From the IMG/VR virus record IMGVR_UViG_3300021560_000031, positions 1 through 39,596 of that record: a DNA stretch of 39,596 bases. One strand, 5' to 3'. Position 1 is the first letter of the stretch. Every line of letters starts with the position of its first letter. The stretch comes from a virus (lineage: Duplodnaviria; Caudoviricetes). The notes under the pieces were generated by a model that saw nothing but the letters and a program-made list of their open reading frames with translations, did not search any database and had not been told where the DNA came from. Made by a program: the position numbers and the translations under genes. Shown here piece after piece: positions 1 to 7,456 of this stretch.

Positions 1-6
1 CTATAC

Positions 7-127
7 CTGTTCACCTACTGTTCACCTACTGTTCACCTACTGTTCACCTACTGTTCACCTACTGTTCACCTACTGTTCACCTACTGTTCACCTACTGTTC
101 ACCTACTGTTCACCTACTGTTCACTTA
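7..127. repeat. Tandem array of the 11-mer CTGTTCACCTA (10 perfect copies plus 1 with one mismatch)
   Basis: Directly visible: units start at 7, 18, 29 ... 117; the last copy is CTGTTCACTTA. Confidence 0.97.
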
Positions 128-161
128 AATTGAATCGAACCGTTACTAGATGTTATGTGCC

Positions 162-238
162 CAATGGTTATGGCTCCGAACCCAAGCATACGGACACCGT
201 CCGCATCATTCCAATCCTAGAATGAACTGTAACCATTG
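162..238 (-). ncRNA. Candidate 77-nt four-way-junction structured RNA downstream of the DGQHR gene
   Basis: 9-bp closing stem CAATGGTTA(162-170)/TAACCATTG(230-238) encloses three hairpins; G-U pairs work only on the minus strand. Confidence 0.45.
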
Positions 239-347
239 CCCTAGCTCTGGCAGCATGCACGGTTCTAACGCACGCTATGCTAATTTACTGTCTACTGATA
301 CAAGCACCTCGCTACGCGACACCGCACCGAATAGCTGGAAGCTACGC

Positions 348-1976
348 TCAGTTAGCCCCTGCCTCTTCGGCTAAGCTATCGTCTGCTGAACCGTTTTCAG
401 AATCGTCGAACAGTTCGTCATCATCGCTATCTAAAACCATCGGTAGTGGGGTGGTTTGTTTGAAGTACTCACGGAGCCAGTAAACACACTGTTCGAAATT
501 GCCTCTCTGAGTTAGCACCTTGTACTTACCCTTGTCCAAAACCACAACCCTGTGATTCGGATCATTCCAATTTTCGTGTTCACTGTTCCACAGCCCCTCA
601 CGATTCATACGGCGCATGGTCTCGCGAATAATCACCACCACCTCATCCACACTGAAAGCCCACGAATCCCTAACCTGATTATCCGTGATAGCCATCAGGT
701 AATCATAAATTACGCGACCTAATGCCTGATAGGCGACACTGTGATATACAACGTAGTCTTCGCTGATATCACCGAATCCCTTGTGAGCATCACGCACTTG
801 AGTGAACTCCGGCAGATTGAACACTACTGCATCAATCACTCTGCCAGTCTCTTGCACACTTAACTGCCTGCTATACTTGCCTGTGAAAGCGCAGTCGAAC
901 TTACCACGGGTTTTACGCTCCACCTGTATCAGGGTGCATAGATTAGAGAAACTGAGGATATGCTGTGTATATCCTTTGGCTCCGCTCTTACTCTTTTTAG
1001 GTGTACTCCTATCGAAGTCAATATACTGGCTGATTACTGGCGCAGTCAACCGCACACTACCGGCAGTCTCGCCAGTTTCGCGACGTCGCATCGCTACCTG
1101 TTTAGCCAACAGCACTGGCTCGGACCTTTCTTCGAAGGCCAAATTTTGAGCCTTGTTGGTACGCTTTGGATTTTTGTTGACATCGCCAAACAGTGTGTGT
1201 CGCTCCGCAGTATCAGTCGGGTCAACTGCGGTTATCTGAATTCCGATTCTCTCATTTTCGAGATTAGGAATCTCAGACATATCGCTGAAATGACGCAGTT
1301 GCCCACCGATTTCTTCTACCGCTTCACCCTGTCCACCGTCTGCTAACACTCTGGCTAACCGTTCGCGGAGACTGACCAACAGCTTAAGAACGTAATCGAT
1401 AGCTGCTGTACGGTGCTGACCGTCTATAATCAGCAGCCAATGCGGAGGTATAGTAATGCTAGCTGTCTGATTGCCGTTGGCATTGCCATTTAATTTGGTC
1501 AGCACATCCAGCATTTGATTATTAGCTGGAATGCAGAGAATCGGAGGGAAGTACCTGTCATCATTAGCCAGCAGATAATCAGCGATTTCCCTGACTCGCT
1601 TCATGTCGATAGCGCGTTGATATCGCTCGAAAATATGCAGGTTAGCCTCAATCTGTTCTGGTTTCTTGCCGATATCCTCATGGCCATCAGGTAGCTGACT
1701 GGCGTATAGGTCTTTAGCGTATCGCGTCGAGTTAAGCAGTTCACGGAAAGTCACTGAACACAGCCATGACTTGCGGATACCCATGTGAGTGCCAATGACA
1801 CTGACCGTGATAGGCTCTGCTTGTGCCTGACTAACGTCCTCATCACCTGCTACCGATTCGCCGTTAGTAACCACGACTGGCTCGGCTTCGCCTTGTTTCC
1901 TAGCTGTTACCTTCTCTTCGGCTTGCAGCCTTGCTGCTTGCGCCATTGCCCGAGTTTCCTTTTCTGTAGTGCTCAT
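348..1976 (-). CDS. DGQHR-domain (DndB family, ParB/Srx-like fold) protein, ~542 aa
   Basis: Motifs YQRAID..RV.EI..YL, FPPIL, LLIIDGQHRTAAI and LFGDVNKNPK. ATG 1976 preferred over 2012 because the upstream ORF stops at 1981. Confidence 0.85.
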   Translation of the reverse strand: MSTTEKETRAMAQAARLQAEEKVTARKQGEAEPVVVTNGESVAGDEDVSQAQAEPITVSVIGTHMGIRKSWLCSVTFRELLNSTRYAKDLYASQLPDGHEDIGKKPEQIEANLHIFERYQRAIDMKRVREIADYLLANDDRYFPPILCIPANNQMLDVLTKLNGNANGNQTASITIPPHWLLIIDGQHRTAAIDYVLKLLVSLRERLARVLADGGQGEAVEEIGGQLRHFSDMSEIPNLENERIGIQITAVDPTDTAERHTLFGDVNKNPKRTNKAQNLAFEERSEPVLLAKQVAMRRRETGETAGSVRLTAPVISQYIDFDRSTPKKSKSGAKGYTQHILSFSNLCTLIQVERKTRGKFDCAFTGKYSRQLSVQETGRVIDAVVFNLPEFTQVRDAHKGFGDISEDYVVYHSVAYQALGRVIYDYLMAITDNQVRDSWAFSVDEVVVIIRETMRRMNREGLWNSEHENWNDPNHRVVVLDKGKYKVLTQRGNFEQCVYWLREYFKQTTPLPMVLDSDDDELFDDSENGSADDSLAEEAGAN

Positions 1977-1980
1977 ATTC

Positions 1981-2241
1981 TCACTTATTTCCGTTGCTAT
2001 CGTCAGTATCATCGCTGTCTGACGGTTTCGTGGTCGCGTTTTGAATTGGAAGATTGGTTGAAACTACCCATCTACCATCTGACAGTCTATCTAACTGCAA
2101 ATGTCCCCTTGGCGATTCAAATTCCATCTGGATTTGCTTAACTGTATCGCCCACCGGAATCTCAACATCCCATCCTATGGGTTTATTTCGAACCTTGTCG
2201 TCCCAACTTGCGTAATCAAACCTGTACCTTGCCCTTGGCAT
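1981..2241 (-). CDS. Hypothetical protein, 86 aa, first gene of the DGQHR operon
   Basis: ATG preceded by AGAGGA; stop 4 nt before the next ATG. Confidence 0.65.
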   Translation of the reverse strand: MPRARYRFDYASWDDKVRNKPIGWDVEIPVGDTVKQIQMEFESPRGHLQLDRLSDGRWVVSTNLPIQNATTKPSDSDDTDDSNGNK

Positions 2242-2345
2242 CTATATCCTCTTTTTCTGTCTGTTAGCTGTGTTCTCTCCTTAATTCACGTAATCACCTA
2301 CTGATATTGTTAACTTCTCACCCTGACGGGTGTGAACTGAGAAGT

Positions 2346-2361
2346 TGGCACGATTCTTGCA
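2346..2361 (+). promoter_or_regulatory. sigma54 (RpoN) -24/-12 site TGGCACGATTCTTGCA
   Basis: Exact match to consensus TGGCAC-N5-TTGCW. Confidence 0.8.
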
Positions 2362-2561
2362 CGTTACCGCGCAATCGCGCCGTGTCACAGACTGTGCCTA
2401 TCAGTCGTCTTTGCTGAGGCACGTTGCCCGCGATTGTTTCTTGGCTCTGACCTCGCGGACCTATACCCCTGTCATCAGGCTGTTAACCTGACCTAGCCCG
2501 GAGACGCTACCGTTGCTCTCTGCCGCTAGCAGCTTTGGTTTTGGTAGACATCCATAGTAAC

Positions 2562-2577
2562 TGCAATCGACGTGCCT
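2562..2577 (-). promoter_or_regulatory. sigma54 -24/-12 site AGGCACGTCGATTGCA, likely promoter of the DGQHR operon
   Basis: GG-N10-GC with TTGCA; IHF-like site and repeated elements at canonical upstream distances. Confidence 0.75.
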
Positions 2578-2600
2578 GCCAACAGCCGATCAGCTAAATA

Positions 2601-2617
2601 AAAAGTGCTTGATTTTC
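2601..2617. promoter_or_regulatory. IHF-like site within the 17-mer AAAAGTGCTTGATTTTC (identical copy at 39255-39271)
   Basis: Minus strand AATCAAGCACTTT versus IHF consensus WATCAANNNNTTR (last base mismatched), with a flanking A/T tract. Confidence 0.55.
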
Positions 2618-2644
2618 CTCATGTTTTTTAGGGCAAATAGCCTG

Positions 2645-2704
2645 ACTGTGTAGAAATTGTTTCAAACTGTGTAACTTTGTGCAACATGTGTCAGGACATG
2701 TCCC
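2645..2704. promoter_or_regulatory. Candidate upstream activator (bEBP) sites
   Basis: ACTGTGTA at 2645 and 2666 (21-bp spacing), a third TGTGT at 2687, TGT-N11-ACA at 2670-2686; ~95-150 bp upstream of the leftward sigma54 start. Confidence 0.35.
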
Positions 2705-2715
2705 ATAATGAGACT

Positions 2716-2731
2716 TGGCACGGATCTTGCA
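2716..2731 (+). promoter_or_regulatory. sigma54 -24/-12 site TGGCACGGATCTTGCA upstream of the replication arm
   Basis: Exact consensus match. Confidence 0.8.
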
Positions 2732-2817
2732 GCCAACTTTCGCTTTTTATTTGCTATTAGCTGAGCTTATACAATAAACGCAAAGCTTGAAAAAAATCTA
2801 ATATCTTGAAAAAATCC

Positions 2818-2846
2818 TTGTTCTGAGATTGAAAAAGGTATAAACT
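2818..2846 (+). promoter_or_regulatory. Possible sigma70-type promoter TTGTTC-N17-TAAACT
   Basis: Correct spacing, A-tract-rich upstream DNA with three TTGAAAAA repeats, ~70 nt before the first early gene. Confidence 0.4.
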
Positions 2847-2868
2847 GAACGCGCGAGGCCGCTCGTAA

Positions 2869-2883
2869 TTCGCAAAATGCGAA
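2869..2883. promoter_or_regulatory. Operator-like palindrome TTCGCA-AAA-TGCGAA
   Basis: The same 15-mer occurs inverted at 38939-38953. Confidence 0.55.
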
Positions 2884-2914
2884 AATGAAGTTTCAAATGG
2901 GTAAAGGAGGACCA

Positions 2915-3229
2915 ATGAACCTAGCAGAGCAGGCACTTAAGTACTATTGGGAGTATATGAAATACTATCCCGAATATGATTCTTGGTTGATCTTGCATCA
3001 AGATAAAGTCTACTTCAGGGTTTCTAAGATTGTAAGATTCTGTCGCTTAACTAATCCTCGAATATTCACTTTTTTAGATAGATATGAATTGTCAGAAGTA
3101 TTTCCTAATACTAAGCAATTTAAAAATCCTGATAGTCAGCTTACTTATCATTGGATTACCTTAGATAAATTCAAGGAGATTATCTGTGAAGAAAACTATC
3201 TGTCAGCCCTGTCGCAATGGGAATCGTGA
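2915..3229 (+). CDS. Hypothetical protein, ~104 aa
   Basis: Strong SD AAAGGAGG before ATG 2915. Confidence 0.75.
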   Translation: MNLAEQALKYYWEYMKYYPEYDSWLILHQDKVYFRVSKIVRFCRLTNPRIFTFLDRYELSEVFPNTKQFKNPDSQLTYHWITLDKFKEIICEENYLSALSQWES

Positions 3230-3443
3230 AAAAAAGAAACCTGGTCATGCTAGCTGTACTGGTGGGTGTGACTGCTTTTGCCATCTTACCTGTAATGTAT
3301 GCCGTCGCCAGTTACTTTACACTGTATCAGCAGTGGCTGAATACTATGTTACTGCGGATAATCCGGTCATGGTCTACTGTCGCAATTGTAAACCGATGCG
3401 TATGGACGGCATCCGGAGGTATTGTCAAAATGAGCCATACTAG
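3186..3443 (+). CDS. Cys-rich hypothetical protein (probable Zn-binding)
   Basis: SD AAGGAG before GTG; CDCFCHLTCNVC and YCRNC motifs; fills the gap between flanking genes. Confidence 0.55.
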   Translation: MKKTICQPCRNGNREKKKPGHASCTGGCDCFCHLTCNVCRRQLLYTVSAVAEYYVTADNPVMVYCRNCKPMRMDGIRRYCQNEPY

Positions 3444-3825
3444 CGTGCAGGCATTCAAGGAGTATCTCTTGAAAAATGAGACTGATCTATATCATAAGTT
3501 TTTAGGTGAATTCACGGTGGAAGTGGGTGGCAATGCTCACATTACTCGGATTGAATCTAACCTGACTAGTCAAGGTATTCCTGATGCCGATGTTGCATAT
3601 CATGGTCGCGAATTTTGGGTTGAATTCAAATATGGTGATAACAAACTCGAACCGTTACAGATTAGCTGGATCAGAAGACATGCCTTATACGGTGGCAAGA
3701 CTTTTGTCATCCGCTATCGTAATCAAAAGTATGAGTTATCACTGAATCTAGATGCTAAAATGGAGACTATTACAGATATCTATCAGGCAGTCAGATTAAT
3801 TGTGGCTTGGATGAGGACCAAATAG
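3430..3825 (+). CDS. VRR-NUC / PD-(D/E)XK nuclease (Holliday-junction-resolvase-like)
   Basis: RIES...GIPDAD...FWVEFK...L.PLQISW.....GG.TFV; ATG 3430 preferred to 3217. Confidence 0.8.
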   Translation: MSHTSVQAFKEYLLKNETDLYHKFLGEFTVEVGGNAHITRIESNLTSQGIPDADVAYHGREFWVEFKYGDNKLEPLQISWIRRHALYGGKTFVIRYRNQKYELSLNLDAKMETITDIYQAVRLIVAWMRTK

Positions 3826-4376
3826 TGGCAGCAACACCAAACGGTAAATTCAGTCAAACTATTGAGCGATTGGCTCAGCAACTCCGTGAATCCAACGCAC
3901 GGATTAAACAACTGGAGGCTGTTATAGCAAAAGAAAGAACCAAGAAGAAGGAATTGGAAGAAACCACCATTCCAGCAGTAATGGACGAGCAGATGTTACC
4001 TGGTGTAACTCTGGCCGATGGCACTAAAATTAGTGTCAGGGCAAATTATCATGCTACGCTATTTAAAGCCATGATAGATGGCAAAGAGAGAATAGATCCA
4101 AATAAAGCTCACGTTTTTTATGAATGGCTTGAAGCCAATGGCTATGGAGGACTGGTTAAACAAAGCTTCACCGTGTGGACTAAGAACATCGTGGATATCA
4201 ATGCGCTTAAGATAATCTGCGATGAATATCATTTGGATTACGAGATAATAACTAAGAATATCCATCCCAAAACCCTGGAGGCATGGCTCAAAGAACAGAC
4301 GGAGGCAGGCAACAATATATCTGGAGCCGATCAGATGTATAATCACTACATCGGTCGAAAGGCGTGGATGAGATGA
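3825..4376 (+). CDS. Conserved phage replication-module protein (coiled-coil N-terminus)
   Basis: LEETTIP..MDE..L..VTL.DG, WLE.NGYG.LVK and IHPKTLEAWLKE pattern as I recall it from PolA-phage modules; start uncertain (3807 TTG or 3825 GTG). Confidence 0.7.
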   Translation: MAATPNGKFSQTIERLAQQLRESNARIKQLEAVIAKERTKKKELEETTIPAVMDEQMLPGVTLADGTKISVRANYHATLFKAMIDGKERIDPNKAHVFYEWLEANGYGGLVKQSFTVWTKNIVDINALKIICDEYHLDYEIITKNIHPKTLEAWLKEQTEAGNNISGADQMYNHYIGRKAWMR

Positions 4377-4579
4377 TAATCAAGAAACGATCACTGTTAA
4401 CCGGCAAGAAGAACGAGATGGACCTTCCTGTAACTCCAGTGCAGTTAGATTACTGGGATAAGAGCAAAAGATTAATTCAGGATATCTTTCCGTGGCTGAC
4501 TGTCGAGCAGCGAGAGTTTTTAATATCGGGAGTGACACCAGAGGAGTGGAACAAGTACATGAAGCCACCCAAGGAATAG
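4373..4579 (+). CDS. Small conserved phage hypothetical protein
   Basis: LIQDIFPWLT.EQREFLISGVTPEEW pattern; start overlaps the upstream stop. Confidence 0.75.
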   Translation: MIIKKRSLLTGKKNEMDLPVTPVQLDYWDKSKRLIQDIFPWLTVEQREFLISGVTPEEWNKYMKPPKE

Positions 4580-4580
4580 C

Positions 4581-4769
4581 ATGAAATTTGACAAGCTAAT
4601 GCTGGAAGCTCATTCAGCGAACCAACGTAAAATTTTGCAAGAACTGTTTACCAAGATGAACACTTCCTACACTGGGGATCATAATGACAGCTACTATGTG
4701 CAGTCTTATTTAGTCCGGGGACATTATCGTCGAAGAAGACAACCACTTAAACTGAGGGTAGTCAAATGA
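4581..4769 (+). CDS. Hypothetical protein, 62 aa, basic C-terminus
   Basis: SD AAGGA; ATGA overlap with the next gene. Confidence 0.6.
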   Translation: MKFDKLMLEAHSANQRKILQELFTKMNTSYTGDHNDSYYVQSYLVRGHYRRRRQPLKLRVVK

Positions 4770-5173
4770 ACAAGGAGAGTGCATTACGGGAACTGATCGA
4801 CGTTACTAAACTCATAGCTCAATTGGAGGAGAAAAGTCGAAGGTTAGTAGTAGAAATTCTAGCACAACCAATGGAGGAACCAAAGGAACTAGTCATACCA
4901 TCATTTCCTAAACGTGGTAATAGATATGCTTCGATAAATTATAATGGGGTGAAGCTTGGAGCGACTGAGGCTACTGTTCTTAAGTGGCTTGAAGCACACG
5001 GTGAATCTACTGTTAAGGCCGTAGCTGATGCAATAAAACAAAGACCTAATCCAGTGCAAAATACTATGAGGAGGTTACTAACTAAGAAATTAGTCATTCA
5101 TAACTCAAACAATCCACGTTATGTTACTTGGTCAGCTATTCAACGCAAAGCAGAGGAGATGAATCATGCCTAA
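4766..5173 (+). CDS. Winged-HTH DNA-binding protein (TrmB/BlaI/MarR-like)
   Basis: LGATEATVLKWLEAHGESTVKAVADAI....NPVQNTMRRLLTKKLV. Confidence 0.75.
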   Translation: MNKESALRELIDVTKLIAQLEEKSRRLVVEILAQPMEEPKELVIPSFPKRGNRYASINYNGVKLGATEATVLKWLEAHGESTVKAVADAIKQRPNPVQNTMRRLLTKKLVIHNSNNPRYVTWSAIQRKAEEMNHA

Positions 5174-5888
5174 TGACAAGATTGATGTAACTGGTGATGA
5201 GAGCCTCGGCTTCGAAACAATGCAGGCGAAGGATTTCACAGCCCCCTGGCTGGTTATCCTGCAGGGACTCTCACCACAACTGCAACCGGGAGGACCTTTT
5301 TATGCTCCTGAGGCTAAACTTGGACACATATTTAGTGTTAATTCTCGTCAATGCTATAGCAGTGTCCACGTCATTCCAGTTAGGTTTTCGTCTCAGTGGG
5401 TTGAATGGAAACCGAATCGAACTGGTTTTGCAGGCACTTACCCTATTTCTGATCCCCCCTCTGATATGGTTACTGATCCACTAAATCAGTTACACAAATA
5501 CCGTTCGAGTAATATGAACGACTTGGTGATGACAAATTACTACCTGTGCATGCTGCAAGAAGAGCATTGGGATCGAGTCATCATCAAAATGGAAAAAACT
5601 CAGATGAAAAAATCAAAACAATGGAATACTATGATGATGGCTCGTAAACGTGAAGGCGTGACGATGCCTATCTTTTCTAATATCTATAAATTATCAGTGG
5701 TCTCCGAAAGTAATACCCAAGGCATCTGGTATAGTTGGAAGATTGAGTTTGATAGTGAAGTCAAAACTCTGGAAATGTATAACAATGCCAAAATAACATA
5801 CCAGAGCCAAGCTGATTTCCTGCCAACTCAGGCGATTGCTTATCAGCCAATAACTGGAAGTAACGGAGAAGGAGAAGATCCGATATAA
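5166..5888 (+). CDS. Putative ssDNA-binding/annealing protein
   Basis: GFE.M...DF..P.L.ILQ.LSPQ and WVEWKP motifs, acidic tail, position before the primase. Confidence 0.55.
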   Translation: MPNDKIDVTGDESLGFETMQAKDFTAPWLVILQGLSPQLQPGGPFYAPEAKLGHIFSVNSRQCYSSVHVIPVRFSSQWVEWKPNRTGFAGTYPISDPPSDMVTDPLNQLHKYRSSNMNDLVMTNYYLCMLQEEHWDRVIIKMEKTQMKKSKQWNTMMMARKREGVTMPIFSNIYKLSVVSESNTQGIWYSWKIEFDSEVKTLEMYNNAKITYQSQADFLPTQAIAYQPITGSNGEGEDPI

Positions 5889-5917
5889 GTTAATGTAATG
5901 GGGGCAAACATAGGTGG

Positions 5918-7456
5918 ATGATGGCCGATGAATGGCAAGCAAAACAGATGTACGAATTATTCAGAGGTTCTGACTTAGCTCATGGAGAGTTCACTCCAAC
6001 TGGCTACAAGGGGAAAAAACTAGATGGCAAAGCGTTTATTGTACATAGTTCACCTACTGTAGAAATGTGGTTAGATCATTTAAATGGTGATCCACCGAGT
6101 CTAGGTATAATTCCCATTAACGCAGATTCTCAATGTCATTGGGGAGTAATAGATGTAGACGACTATGAATTAGATTTTGTTGACCTATTAACTAAAATAA
6201 GAGCACTACCTTTAATTTGCTGTAAAAGTAAATCAGGGGGTGCTTGGTTATTCCTATTTTGTAAACAACCTATTGCAGCTAAAACCATGATAGCTTATTT
6301 ACAAGGTTTTGTGTCGCAGTTAAACTTAACTAGTCCAGAAATATTTCCCAAACAGGGGGTGATCATACCTGGTTCTACTGGTAATTTTCTTAATATGCCT
6401 TATTATGGTGCCACTAGGTACTGTATTAGGCTTACAGGCGATACTAATACAAATGGTAGGGGACCTCTCAGGGAACTCACCCTCTCTGAATTCATCGATT
6501 ACGCCTACAGTAAAAGAGTAGGAAACGAACTTTGGGGTAAGTCATATATTGATTATAGTCAAAGTCCTATTGAAGATGGACCTCCGTGTCTTCAATTTAT
6601 GAGTATTAATGGGTTTCCAGAAGGAACCCGCAATACTAGTTTACTTAATATAGGCGTCTATCTTAAAAAAGCTCAGCCAGATGAATGGCAAGCAATATTA
6701 CGTAAATATAATGAAAAACTTTTTACGGCTCCTCTTGAAAATAAAGAAGTAGAAACAATTATTAGATCATTGGATAAAGGTAAAGATTATCGATACCAAT
6801 GCCATAGTGAACCGCTTCAAACTTTCTGCAATGCAACTGAATGCTATACACGTAAATACGGCATTGGTGATAAGGATTCTTTACCCCTTTTTATTAATAT
6901 TATTAGAATACCTGGTGATGATACAGTATGGATTATTGAAACAAATAAAGGAAGACTAACACTATCTACCATCGAGTTTTATAAATACGATAAATTTCAA
7001 ATGAAATGCATGAGTATACTTGGTACTTTACCTCCAAAAATGAAGGCAGTTCAATGGGAAAGTTTTGTGCAATCTCAAATAGAAAAAGCAGTTGAAATTA
7101 AAGAATCATCTATGTTTGCATCCAGTGAATTACCGTCTATTTTCATGCAATTTGTTACTAGTAAACTAATAACTAGTAATAAGTTTGAGGAAGTTATAGA
7201 AAATAAAGTTTGGTATGATGAAGTCAATCAACAAGTTATTTATAGAAGTGAATCATTTTTTAGTTTTTTAAAATATAGGCGTATTATGCTAGCTAAAGGC
7301 CTAGTTCAGATGTTTCTTAAAGATAAAGGCTTACGTCCTATTGATCCCAAACCAGGAGGCAGAAAAACATATCGTTGTAACAGTGTTAAGATAACCTTAG
7401 ACGAAGAGGAGCAAATTAAGCTTAGAATTGGATTGGTTAAAGGAGATATATTATGA
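5918..7456 (+). CDS. DNA primase-polymerase (AEP-like) with PriCT domain
   Basis: LGIIPI...CHWGVIDVD, KSKSGG, EIFPKQ, GNFLNMPY, GPPCLQ and EGTRNTSL motifs, plus a Cys cluster. Confidence 0.8.
   Translation: MMADEWQAKQMYELFRGSDLAHGEFTPTGYKGKKLDGKAFIVHSSPTVEMWLDHLNGDPPSLGIIPINADSQCHWGVIDVDDYELDFVDLLTKIRALPLICCKSKSGGAWLFLFCKQPIAAKTMIAYLQGFVSQLNLTSPEIFPKQGVIIPGSTGNFLNMPYYGATRYCIRLTGDTNTNGRGPLRELTLSEFIDYAYSKRVGNELWGKSYIDYSQSPIEDGPPCLQFMSINGFPEGTRNTSLLNIGVYLKKAQPDEWQAILRKYNEKLFTAPLENKEVETIIRSLDKGKDYRYQCHSEPLQTFCNATECYTRKYGIGDKDSLPLFINIIRIPGDDTVWIIETNKGRLTLSTIEFYKYDKFQMKCMSILGTLPPKMKAVQWESFVQSQIEKAVEIKESSMFASSELPSIFMQFVTSKLITSNKFEEVIENKVWYDEVNQQVIYRSESFFSFLKYRRIMLAKGLVQMFLKDKGLRPIDPKPGGRKTYRCNSVKITLDEEEQIKLRIGLVKGDIL

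Noticed and set aside
7-127. CRISPR array
   Set aside because: Units are 11 bp and contiguous with no spacers; no cas genes
162-238. Canonical tRNA gene
   Set aside because: No proper D-arm, anticodon loop or CCA; kept only as a candidate structured RNA
150-2304. Plus-strand ORFs opposite the DGQHR operon
   Set aside because: Antisense to a gene with clear family motifs; no SD or recognisable features
2417-2432. Additional sigma54 site AGGCACGTTGCCCGCG
   Set aside because: Has GG-N10-GC but lacks the TT of the -12 element, and is explained by the RNA stem
3217-3429. Hydrophobic N-terminal extension making a membrane-anchored nuclease
   Set aside because: Overlaps the Cys-rich ORF in another frame; the nuclease domain is complete from ATG 3430. 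Not fully excluded
6048-6060. 13-bp match (GTTCACCTACTGT) to the terminal 11-mer array inside the primase gene
   Set aside because: Single copy in coding sequence; may be chance
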